Shown in pieces: positions 1-7,405 of a stretch of 24,000 bases of DNA. The DNA comes from an uncultured Collinsella sp. (GTDB lineage: Bacteria; Actinomycetota; Coriobacteriia; Coriobacteriales; Coriobacteriaceae). The DNA is taken from NCBI GenBank assembly GCA_900538305.1, contig UPXY01000002.1:14222-38221 (forward strand). Reading direction: 5' to 3'. Each line of letters begins with the position of its first letter. Within the stretch, counting starts at the first letter, position 1. The notes below the pieces were generated by a model, which saw only the letters and a list, made by a program, of their open reading frames with translations, was not told where the DNA came from and did no database searches. Made by a program: the position numbers and the translations under genes.

Positions 1-599
1 AGCGCGGTACGTTCTTGCTGAACCTGATGTCGAGTCCCGGCTCCGGTAAGACCACGACCTTGAAACGCACCATCGAGGCGCTCGACGGACGCCTGAGCAT
101 CGCGGTGATGGAAGCTGATATCGACTCGGATGTCGATGCGCGCGCCATCGCTCAGACGGGCGTCACATCGGTGCAGGTGCACACGGGGGGCATGTGCCAC
201 CTCGACGCATACATGACCGCGGAAGGGCTTGAGGCGCTCGAGAACGAGGCTGGAGCTCCCATCGACCTCGCCATTCTTGAGAACGTGGGCAACCTGGTAT
301 GCCCGGCGGAGTTTGACACAGGCGCTTCGGCGAACGTCATGATCCTCTCTGTACCGGAGGGCGATGACAAGCCGCTGAAGTACCCGCTCATGTTCTCGAT
401 CTGCGACGTGGTGCTCATCAACAAGATCGACGCGCTGCCGGCGTTCGACGACTTCTCGCTCGAGCGCGCGGTCGAGAACATCCATATGCGCAACCCCGAA
501 GCGCTTGTCATCCCCATAAGCGCCAAGACGGGTGAGGGAATCGATGCGTGGGCGGCGTGGCTGCACGACGCCGTTGCCGCGTGGAAGAGCGGCGCATAG
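1..599 (+). CDS. hypB: Hydrogenase nickel-incorporation GTPase HypB, 5'-truncated by the window edge (reading frame enters at nt 3)
   Basis: The frame is open from the window edge (RGTFLLNLMSSPGSGKTT...). It has a P-loop (GSGKTT), ENVGNLVCP, an NKID (NKxD) motif and SAKTGEG, the motif set of HypB/UreG-type SIMIBI GTPases. hypA lies 3 kb downstream. Confidence 0.9.
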   Translation, partial: RGTFLLNLMSSPGSGKTTTLKRTIEALDGRLSIAVMEADIDSDVDARAIAQTGVTSVQVHTGGMCHLDAYMTAEGLEALENEAGAPIDLAILENVGNLVCPAEFDTGASANVMILSVPEGDDKPLKYPLMFSICDVVLINKIDALPAFDDFSLERAVENIHMRNPEALVIPISAKTGEGIDAWAAWLHDAVAAWKSGA

Positions 600-749
600 C
601 TGCAGGCAAGAGGGGGTTGAACGGAGGCGGGTTCATCTCGAGCCTTTCAGCCAATTTCCACCGCGTGGAACATGAGTTGAAGCGAGCGCGTCCCCAGCCA
701 GCCGTTCTCAGCCAGCCCATTCGGCTCGTAGTTAGGAAAAGGAGTACCT

Positions 750-3542
750 ATGGACATCAACGGCCCCGGCCTCTCGTACAGCGAGCCCGATATCGGTGCG
801 GAGTTCGTCCCGCCGCTGCCAGAGCATCCGCGCGAGAAGATTGTGGAACTGTGTCGGCACCTCACCAACCGCACGCTCGGCAAAGGCAACCTGCTTGCCT
901 ACGAATACTGGGCGTTCGAGGGCGTCACCACCGACGAGATGGCCGACGTGCTCTTGAAGCTCAAGGTGCGCAAACCCTATACGTTCGAGGAAGCGCAGAA
1001 GGCGACCGGCCTGCCGCCCGAGCAGCTCCAGCCCCTGCTCGACGAGATGTCGATGATCGGCCTTTTGGAATACAACTGGGAGAATCCCACACGCACGAAA
1101 CAATGGGTGAGCCCCATTCTCGTGCCCGGTTCGGCCGAGTTTCTCAACATGCGCTGGACGCAGATGAACGAGCATCCGGCCACGGCCAAGTTCTTCGAGC
1201 AGGCGTCGAAGGGCCCCTTGTCGCGCATCACGCCGATGGTTCCGCCTGGCGGCGCGGGGATCGGCATGCATGTGATCCCTGTGGAACGCGCAATCGAGAT
1301 GGAGAACCAGTCCGTTTCAATCGAGCACATCAGCCACTGGCTCGACAAATACGACGGCAAGTTCGCCGCGAGCCCGTGCAGCTGCCGTATGAGCCGCTCC
1401 GTGTTGGGCGAAGCCTGCGGCGACGACCCCGCGGATTGGTGCATAGCCGTGGGCGACATGGCAGACTACGTGGTGGAGACCGATAAGGGCGGCCGCTATA
1501 TCACGCGCGAGGAGGCGCTCGAGATTCTCCAACGCGCCGAGGACAACGGCTTCGTGCATCAGATCACCAACATCGACGGCGAGAACAAGATTTTCGCTAT
1601 CTGCAACTGCAACGTGAACGTGTGCTATGCGCTGCGCACCTCGCAACTGTTCAACACGCCGAACCTGTCGCGTTCGGCCTACGTGGCTCGCATCGAGGCA
1701 GATAAGTGCGTAGCCTGCGGCCGCTGTGTGGAGGTGTGCCCGGCGGGCGCCGTCAAGCTGGGGCAGAAGCTTTGCCTGGCCGATGGCAGCGTGGTCGAAT
1801 ATCCCAAGCAGGAGCTGCCCGATGCCGTGAGCTGGGGGCCGGAGAAGTGGTCGCCCGATTACCGCAATAAGAACCGCATCGAAACGTACGACACGGGCAC
1901 CGCGCCCTGCAAGACGGCGTGTCCGGCGCATATCGCGGTGCAGGGCTACCTAAAGCTCGCCTCGCAAGGGCGCTACACCGATGCGCTCGCGCTCATCAAG
2001 CGAGAGAACCCGCTACCCGCGGTGTGCGGACGCATTTGTAATCGGCGCTGCGAGGATGCGTGCACGCGCGGGCGCGTGGACGCTGCGGTGGCGATCGACG
2101 AGGTGAAGAAGTTCATCGCTGATCGGGATCTCGACGCGTCGACGCGTTACATCCCGCCTGCGGTGGTGCCACGCGTCCAGGGCGGCTTCGACGAGAAGAT
2201 TGCGATCATCGGAGCCGGGCCCGCGGGCCTTTCCTGTGCGTTCTATCTGGCCGAGAAGGGTTACAAACCCGTGGTGTTCGAGCGCCACGAGCGTCCGGGC
2301 GGCATGCTCACCTACGGCGTGCCCTCGTACAAGCTCTCGCGTGAGGTTATCCAGGCAGAGGTCGACGTGATCGAGGCGATGGGTGCCGAGTTCCGCTACG
2401 GTGTGGAGGTCGGGCGCGATGTGACTATCGCCCAGCTGCGCGAACAGGGTTTCAAGGCGTTCTATGTGGCGATCGGGTGCCAGGATGGGCGCCTGCCCGG
2501 CATTCCCGGAGAGAAGCTGCCCGGTGCGGAGACCGCCGTCTCGTTCTTGGAGCGCGTGTCGTGCGAGGTCGCCGCGGGCGAGTTTGAGCAGCTCGATGGG
2601 CGCACCGTGGTGGTGGGCGGCGGCAACGTCGCCATCGATGCCGCGCGCACGGCGGCGCGCCTGGGCTCGCCGCATGTCGAAATGCTCTGTCTCGAGCAGG
2701 AAGACGAGATGCCTGCGACCGCGGAAGAGGTGCGCGAGGCCATTGAGGACGGCGTGCATATCAGCCACGGCTGGGGCCCGGTGGAGGTGCGTGCGGGCGA
2801 GGACGGCCGCGTGCACGAGGTCGTGTTCAAGCGCTGCACGCGCGTGTACGATGACGAGGGCCGTTTCGCCCCCGTGTATGACGAGGAAGATACGTGCGCC
2901 ATCGCTGCCAATCGCGTGGTGTTTTCCATCGGTCAAGCCGTGCGCTGGGGTGGCTTGCTCGAGGGAACCGCCGTGGAGCTCGGACGCGGCCAGGGTGCCG
3001 TCGCCGATCCCAAGACGTATCAGACCGCTGAACCCGACATCTTCGTGGGCGGCGATGTCTACACCGGTCCCAAGTTCGCCATCGATGCCATTGCAGCTGG
3101 TCACGAGGCCGCCATTTCGCTGCATCGTTACGTGCAGCATGCGACGCTTACCATCGGACGCAACCCGCGCGCGTACCAGCAGCTCGATCGCGACAACATC
3201 GACCCGGGCAGTTACGATACGACGGCGCGTCAGGAGCCTGCAGTGGCCGAAGCGCTCGGTCGCACGTCGGGGCCGTTCAAAGAGTATGTCGCGACCTTCA
3301 GCGAGGAACAGGTGCGTGCCGAGACCGCGCGTTGCCTGGGATGCGGTGCGAGCATCGTGGACGAGAACAAGTGCATCGGTTGCGGCCTGTGCACCACGAA
3401 ATGCGTGTTCGATGCAATTCACCTGCATCGCGAGCATCCTGAGGCGAGCACGATGATCAAGTACGAGGACAAGCTACCCGCGATCGGCAAATACGCACTC
3501 AAACGCGCTATCAAGATCAAATTCGGCGGGAAGAAGAAGTAA
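750..3542 (+). CDS. Multidomain Fe-S flavoprotein. An N-terminal Cys-rich Fe-S domain and a ferredoxin motif are followed by a GltD/NfnB-like NAD(P)H-dependent FAD oxidoreductase core and a C-terminal 2x[4Fe-4S] ferredoxin domain.
   Basis: The ATG is preceded by GGAAAAGGAG. The N-terminal ~330 aa carry CSCRMS...C...C and CNCNVNVC cysteine clusters, and CVACGRCVEVCP is a CxxCxxCxxxCP motif. CKTACPAHIAVQGY...CGRICNRRCEDAC resembles the N-terminal Fe-S region of glutamate synthase small chain (GltD). IAIIGAGPAGLSCAFYLAEKG...ERHERPGGML and VVVGGGNVAIDAART are two Rossmann dinucleotide folds. CLGCG...CIGCGLCTTKC lies at the C-terminus. Confidence 0.85.
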   Translation: MDINGPGLSYSEPDIGAEFVPPLPEHPREKIVELCRHLTNRTLGKGNLLAYEYWAFEGVTTDEMADVLLKLKVRKPYTFEEAQKATGLPPEQLQPLLDEMSMIGLLEYNWENPTRTKQWVSPILVPGSAEFLNMRWTQMNEHPATAKFFEQASKGPLSRITPMVPPGGAGIGMHVIPVERAIEMENQSVSIEHISHWLDKYDGKFAASPCSCRMSRSVLGEACGDDPADWCIAVGDMADYVVETDKGGRYITREEALEILQRAEDNGFVHQITNIDGENKIFAICNCNVNVCYALRTSQLFNTPNLSRSAYVARIEADKCVACGRCVEVCPAGAVKLGQKLCLADGSVVEYPKQELPDAVSWGPEKWSPDYRNKNRIETYDTGTAPCKTACPAHIAVQGYLKLASQGRYTDALALIKRENPLPAVCGRICNRRCEDACTRGRVDAAVAIDEVKKFIADRDLDASTRYIPPAVVPRVQGGFDEKIAIIGAGPAGLSCAFYLAEKGYKPVVFERHERPGGMLTYGVPSYKLSREVIQAEVDVIEAMGAEFRYGVEVGRDVTIAQLREQGFKAFYVAIGCQDGRLPGIPGEKLPGAETAVSFLERVSCEVAAGEFEQLDGRTVVVGGGNVAIDAARTAARLGSPHVEMLCLEQEDEMPATAEEVREAIEDGVHISHGWGPVEVRAGEDGRVHEVVFKRCTRVYDDEGRFAPVYDEEDTCAIAANRVVFSIGQAVRWGGLLEGTAVELGRGQGAVADPKTYQTAEPDIFVGGDVYTGPKFAIDAIAAGHEAAISLHRYVQHATLTIGRNPRAYQQLDRDNIDPGSYDTTARQEPAVAEALGRTSGPFKEYVATFSEEQVRAETARCLGCGASIVDENKCIGCGLCTTKCVFDAIHLHREHPEASTMIKYEDKLPAIGKYALKRAIKIKFGGKKK

Positions 3543-3549
3543 ACCAAGG

Positions 3550-3583
3550 CGGGGTGGATGGCGGGCTTGCCCCATCCACCCCC
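3550..3583 (+). terminator. GC-rich hairpin immediately after the flavoprotein stop codon; possible terminator or mRNA-stabilising stem without a U-tract
   Basis: G-GGGGTGGATGG (3550-3561) pairs perfectly with CCATCCACCCC-C (3572-3583) around a 10-nt loop. No T-run follows. Confidence 0.3.
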
Positions 3584-3635
3584 TGCCCGTTGGGGCGGCG
3601 GCGCGACCACCTGCGCGAGCTGAGGAAGGAATGTC

Positions 3636-3980
3636 GTGCACGAGTTAGGAATCGTGTTCTATATCATCCGCGACGTAGAGGAAGCGGTACGTGGTGCCGA
3701 GGTGAGCGCGGTGCAAAGCGTGACGCTCGAGCTCGGCGAGGTCTCGGGTGTGGTGCCGAGTTACCTGCAACATGCGTGGCGCTGGGCAGCCGACAAACAC
3801 GACCTGCTGCGCGGCTCCGAGCTTGTCATCGAGGATATTCCTGCGGTGACGCGCTGCAATGGGTGCGGTGCGCGCTATGGCACGGTGGAACATGGCCGCA
3901 TATGCCCTGCGTGCGGAAGTGAGAATACGGTGCTTGAGCAGGGGCAGGAGGTCATGATCAAAGAGGTCGCGGTGGTTTGA
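3636..3980 (+). CDS. hypA: Hydrogenase nickel insertion / maturation factor HypA
   Basis: GTG start preceded by GAGGAAGGA. The N-terminus is (M)HELGI, matching the MHE nickel-binding motif. Two CxxC pairs (CNGCG ... CPACG) form the zinc site. Length is 114 aa. Confidence 0.9.
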   Translation: MHELGIVFYIIRDVEEAVRGAEVSAVQSVTLELGEVSGVVPSYLQHAWRWAADKHDLLRGSELVIEDIPAVTRCNGCGARYGTVEHGRICPACGSENTVLEQGQEVMIKEVAVV

Positions 3981-4052
3981 GCCCGTTGTGGGACCGCTCG
4001 CGCCGGCGAATCGGGTACCATCGAAATGCGGATAGTCGGAAGGGGCGTTTTT

Positions 4053-4226
4053 ATGGTCGAAGAGCAAGAGTTGCGCAAGCAGCAGCGGACTTCTCAGAAG
4101 GTTCAGCACGACAAGCCTACCGATCCCTTCCTACGCGCGGAAAACGAGGATGATGACGGTTACGATCCCTATTCCGATCGTCGTCCGGAACCTGAACCGC
4201 TTTTCGAGCGCGATCCATGGGACTAG
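4053..4226 (+). CDS. Hypothetical small acidic protein (57 aa)
   Basis: ATG at 4053 sits 8 nt after GGAAGGGG. The product (MVEEQELRKQQ...DDDGYDPYSDRRPEPEPLFERDPWD) is highly charged and has no motif I recognise. The track's upstream start at 4026 has no visible RBS. Confidence 0.3.
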   Translation: MVEEQELRKQQRTSQKVQHDKPTDPFLRAENEDDDGYDPYSDRRPEPEPLFERDPWD

Positions 4227-4305
4227 GACGTGCTGCGCCCTGTAATCAACGACATGCTCGCGTTTGTCGGCCGGGCAATCGGGCGCGTTGTGGTCAATTT
4301 TGAAA

Positions 4306-4428
4306 GCTTGGTGACACCAATCCTGCGAAAACGGGGGTGCCTTGCCGCCACCGCCCAGGTAGCGGCCATGGTTATCCCAGCTACGGGGAATCCGCACGGG
4401 TCTTTCCGCTGGATTGATGTCACCAACC
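4306..4428. repeat. Pair of inverted 18-nt copies, each centred on a 6-1-6 palindrome (TTGGTGaCACCAA at 4308-4320; TTGATGtCACCAA at 4414-4426)
   Basis: GCTTGGTGACACCAATCC (4306-4323) matches the reverse complement of GGATTGATGTCACCAACC (4411-4428) at 16 of 18 positions. They lie in a non-coding stretch between two convergent genes. A T-run (TTATTTTTTGG) follows the second copy. Confidence 0.5.
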
Positions 4429-4459
4429 TGTTATTTTTTGGCCACTGGAGCCTGAATTG

Positions 4460-5092
4460 TTATCTCGCCGGCTTGCGGTCTTTGTATTTCTCGGTATAAC
4501 CCTCGATGTGCAGCGTGCAGGCGATGATTTCCTTGATGACCTCGACCGGCACGTCCTGGTGCGAGCGGATATACAGGATGAGGCCGCTGATGAGTACGTA
4601 GAAGGTCTCGAAGACGTTGTCGATTAAGACCTCATGGTGCTTCGCGAAGTCTACGACGGTCGACTCGCACATATAACGCGCGCAGCGCTCTGCCACGCGG
4701 TTGACGAACGCGGTGTAGAGCACGGCATCCCCGCCGACCGAGATCGACCCGGAAATGCCGGGCATCTCGAGCACAAGGGTCTTGAGCAGCTCGGAGATGC
4801 TGTCGAGTGCGCCCTCGATGTCACCGAACACGCGGCTCTCGTTCCAGTTGCGCAGGCGTGCGATGAACGCATCGATGGTGTAGTCGAGTGCCGCGGAGAG
4901 CGCGTCTTCCTTGTTGGGAAAGTAGTGATAGAAGAGCGAGCGCGTGCAACCTACGCGTTCCGAGACGCGCGAGACGGAAAGCTTGCCGATTCCCTCCGTC
5001 GAGCACACGTCGATGACTGCTTGGAGAATCTCCTCACGGCGAGCGTCGTATGCGTGGCGACTGCTCCGGTGCGAATCGTAGTGTGTGGACAT
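4460..5092 (-). CDS. TetR/AcrR-family transcriptional regulator
   Basis: The N-terminal HTH region (RREEILQAVIDVCSTEGIGKLSVSRVSERVGCTRSLFYHYFPNKEDAL) is a typical TetR signature. I chose the ATG at 5092 because AGGAGAGGAG lies 5 nt upstream. The track's start at 5164 adds 24 aa with no RBS. Confidence 0.9.
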   Translation of the reverse strand: MSTHYDSHRSSRHAYDARREEILQAVIDVCSTEGIGKLSVSRVSERVGCTRSLFYHYFPNKEDALSAALDYTIDAFIARLRNWNESRVFGDIEGALDSISELLKTLVLEMPGISGSISVGGDAVLYTAFVNRVAERCARYMCESTVVDFAKHHEVLIDNVFETFYVLISGLILYIRSHQDVPVEVIKEIIACTLHIEGYTEKYKDRKPAR

Positions 5093-5210
5093 GGCGTCTC
5101 CTCTCCTGTAGTGGAGTAGCATCAGTGTACTTGGTATTGACGCTGTGTCAGCACAGATTGACAAATATTCTTAGGTTGTTAGCGTGTGCGGGTGGATGAG
5201 CGCGGTAACC

Positions 5211-5236
5211 AGAAACGGCGCCGCTCGCGCGACGCC
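5211..5236 (-). terminator. Hairpin terminator downstream of tRNA-Arg, possibly bidirectional
   Basis: On the minus strand, GGCGTCGC-GCGA-GCGGCGCC forms an 8-bp stem (one G-U pair) with a GNRA-type loop, followed by GTTTCT. On the plus strand the same stem is followed by GCATTTTTG. Confidence 0.45.
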
Positions 5237-5247
5237 GCATTTTTGCC

Positions 5248-5323
5248 TGGTGCCCCCGGGCGGATTCGAACCGTCGACACCCGCTTTAGGAGAGCGGTGC
5301 TCTATCCCCTGAGCTACGGAGGC
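5248..5323 (-). tRNA. tRNA-Arg (anticodon CCT), with encoded CCA
   Basis: The reverse complement folds as a cloverleaf: acceptor GCCTCCG/CGGGGGC (one G-U pair), D arm GCTC-AGGGGATA-GAGC, anticodon arm CCGCT-CTCCTAA-AGCGG (anticodon CCT), variable loop GTGTC, T arm GACGG-TTCGAAT-CCGCC (one A-C mismatch), then discriminator A and CCA. Confidence 0.9.
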
Positions 5324-5500
5324 AAGTATCTAGATTCTAGCAGAACGGCGAGCGCTCGCCATGCTGATTGCCGTCCCGCCTTGCAGCACGGGTTTCGTAC
5401 ACATTGAAGAGCAGATTTCCGGGGAATTGCCTTGCTGCGAAAGAGGGCGACGGCACATGCGTGCACATCGCCCTCTTGGTACATGGATCGTTTGGGGGCG

Positions 5501-7339
5501 TTACAGCCCGGGTGCCCATTCTTCTTCGGAATTCCCGGAATCGGTATCGGGGTCGGTTGCCGGCTCTGGATCGGTTGCCGGATCCGGGTCGGTTTCGGGT
5601 TTCGGCTCGGGACCCTCAGACACATAGATCGTGACGGTGCTACCCGGTTCTGCCTGTCCCGTAGGATCTTGGCTCATCACGACGCCTGCGTTATAGCGGT
5701 TGCTATATCCACCGGATTGTCTGTTCACTGAGAAACCAGCCTCAGAAAGGATGTTAATCGCTTCTGCCTCGCTGTAGCCAACTACGCCGGGCACGTTCTC
5801 GGAATCCGGGCCGCTGGAGACCTTGTACGTCACCGTGGAACCCTCATCGACTTCCTCGCCTGCTTTGGGGTTTTGCTCGAAAACGGTTCCCTGTTCGGCG
5901 TCGTTCTCCTCCATGACGGGGTGTCCGGTGAGTCCGGCTTCCTCAAGGAGCTGCTCGGCTTCTTCCTGGGTTCTTCCCACAAGGTTGGGTACTTTGGTGG
6001 TCTTCGTTTCCGGTCCCTGCACGATGGTGATGTCGATCTTGTCGCCCGCATGCACCGAACGTCCCTCACGCGGTGTCTGATCCATGATCTCGCCCTCGGC
6101 GTACTCATCGCTGTATCCGGGGTCGACGTTACCCAGTTCCAGATCGTATTTCGCGAGCTCCGCCTCCGCTTCCTCCTGCGTCATGCCGAGGAGGTTGGGT
6201 GCGGGGAACTCCTGGTTTCCACCGCCGAGCAGTGTCATGGCGGCGAACGCGATGGCGCCGATCGCCACGATCGCGCCGATGACGATACCCACGATCTTGC
6301 CCGTGTTGTTGCGCTTGGGCTTGGGGTCGTAAGAGCCCTGTCCGCCGGATGCGCTTGCCTGGCCATTTGCGCCGCCACGCACGGCCGTGGAGCCTATGCC
6401 GGCAGGGCGTGCCATGGCCTGGGTTTTCTCGGTCATGACGCGGGTCTCGGTGGTGCCTGCGCCGCCCATGCCGGCGATGGCGCCGCCAGCGAGGACGCGC
6501 GTGGGCTCCGGCACGTCGACCTGGCGGCCGGCTAGGTAGGCGTTGAGTGCGAGGCGCAGCTCATCGGCCGACTGGAAGCGGTTCGCGGCATCTTTCTCCA
6601 TGCAGCGCAGGATGATGCGTTCGAGGTTGGGGTCGAGGTTGGGATTGAGCTGCGAGGGGGGAACGGGCAGCTCGTTCATCTGCTTCACCGCGACGGAGAT
6701 GGCATCCTCGCCATCGAAGGGTACCTGGCCGGTGGCGCATTCGTACATCACCACGCCGAGCGAGTAGATGTCGGAGGTGGGGCCGAGCTCCTGCCCGCGC
6801 GCCTGCTCGGGCGACACGTAGTGCGCGGTGCCCAGCACGTTGTTGTCCTGTGTGAGGTGGCTGTTTTTAGCGCGTGCGATGCCGAAGTCCATGACCTTGA
6901 TGTTGCCGTCGGGCAGCACCATGATGTTTTGCGGCTTGATGTCGCGGTGGATGATCTCGTGCTTATGGGCGACGGAGAGCGCGCCGCAGATCTGGCTGCC
7001 AATCTGCGCGACCTTCTTGGGATCGAGCGCGCCATGGCTGCGGATGCCGCTTTTCAGATCGGTGCCGCGCAGGTACTCCATGACGATGTAGTAGGTGTCG
7101 CCGTCTTTGCCCCAGTCGTAGATGCCCACGATATACGGGCTCTGAAGGCCGGCCGCTGCCTGGGCCTCCTGCTTGAAGCGGGCGGCGAACGTAGCATCTG
7201 CCGCGTACTGCGGAAGCATGATCTTGATCGCCACCGTGCGGTCGAGCACCTGGTCTTGCGCGCGGTAGACGGTCGCCATGCCGCCAGAACCGACCCTGTC
7301 CTTGATGAGGTACCTTCCCCCGAGGACCTGCTGCTGCAT
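5501..7339 (-). CDS. pknB: PASTA-domain Ser/Thr protein kinase (PknB/Stk1 family)
   Basis: GAGGAG lies 5 nt upstream of the ATG. Kinase motifs are GSGGMATV, VAIK, HRDIKPQN (an RD kinase), DFG and SPE. One TM segment (IVGIVIGAIVAIGAIAFAAMTLL) is followed by three PASTA-like repeats (PNLLGMTQEEAEAEL..., VPNLVGRTQEEAEQLL..., VPGVVGYSEAEAINIL...) and an acidic Pro/Asp/Thr repeat tail. Confidence 0.95.
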   Translation of the reverse strand: MQQQVLGGRYLIKDRVGSGGMATVYRAQDQVLDRTVAIKIMLPQYAADATFAARFKQEAQAAAGLQSPYIVGIYDWGKDGDTYYIVMEYLRGTDLKSGIRSHGALDPKKVAQIGSQICGALSVAHKHEIIHRDIKPQNIMVLPDGNIKVMDFGIARAKNSHLTQDNNVLGTAHYVSPEQARGQELGPTSDIYSLGVVMYECATGQVPFDGEDAISVAVKQMNELPVPPSQLNPNLDPNLERIILRCMEKDAANRFQSADELRLALNAYLAGRQVDVPEPTRVLAGGAIAGMGGAGTTETRVMTEKTQAMARPAGIGSTAVRGGANGQASASGGQGSYDPKPKRNNTGKIVGIVIGAIVAIGAIAFAAMTLLGGGNQEFPAPNLLGMTQEEAEAELAKYDLELGNVDPGYSDEYAEGEIMDQTPREGRSVHAGDKIDITIVQGPETKTTKVPNLVGRTQEEAEQLLEEAGLTGHPVMEENDAEQGTVFEQNPKAGEEVDEGSTVTYKVSSGPDSENVPGVVGYSEAEAINILSEAGFSVNRQSGGYSNRYNAGVVMSQDPTGQAEPGSTVTIYVSEGPEPKPETDPDPATDPEPATDPDTDSGNSEEEWAPGL

Positions 7340-7405
7340 CGTTACTCCTCACAAACCTTACTTCGTACGTGCCAGAGCGCGTAAACCCATCATTTGCCTC
7401 ATGCG

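Noticed and set aside
2013-3437. Long antisense or out-of-frame ORFs overlapping confident genes. Examples: 548-1486 +, 1317-1931 -, 2013-3437 -, 2464-3456 +, 7847-8905 +, 8433-9749 -, 10399-11391 +, 11895-13310 +, 13481-14239 +, 14433-15518 -, 15612-16553 -, 16550-17194 -, 19503-20141 -, 19741-20508 +, 20566-21462 +, 21869-22660 -, 22670-23920 -.
   Set aside because: Their products are Arg/Ala/Gly/Pro/His-rich with no motifs. Each overlaps a gene with clear family signatures in another frame. Such shadow ORFs are expected in high-GC DNA, where stop codons are rare.
4131-4499. ORFs 4131-4397 (-), 4223-4426 (-) and 4230-4499 (+) in the orphan region downstream of hypA and the TetR gene
   Set aside because: No RBS, no motifs, mutually overlapping, and one overlaps the 3' end of the TetR gene. 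The region is better explained as non-coding with palindromic sites.
4460-5164. N-terminally extended versions of TetR (start 5164), RecR (start 19107), amylase (start 21642) and the small ORF (start 15153) as listed in the ORF track
   Set aside because: In each case an internal ATG has a strong Shine-Dalgarno sequence (AGGAGAGGAG, GAGGAAGGA, TAAGGAGG, GGAAGGAG) and gives the N-terminus expected for the family. The extensions lack an RBS and read through promoter-like AT-rich DNA.
5530-5610. Short tandem repeats as a possible CRISPR or minisatellite locus
   Set aside because: The units are contiguous with no spacers, only about 18 nt long, in frame and inside the pknB coding sequence. They are simply a repetitive peptide tail.
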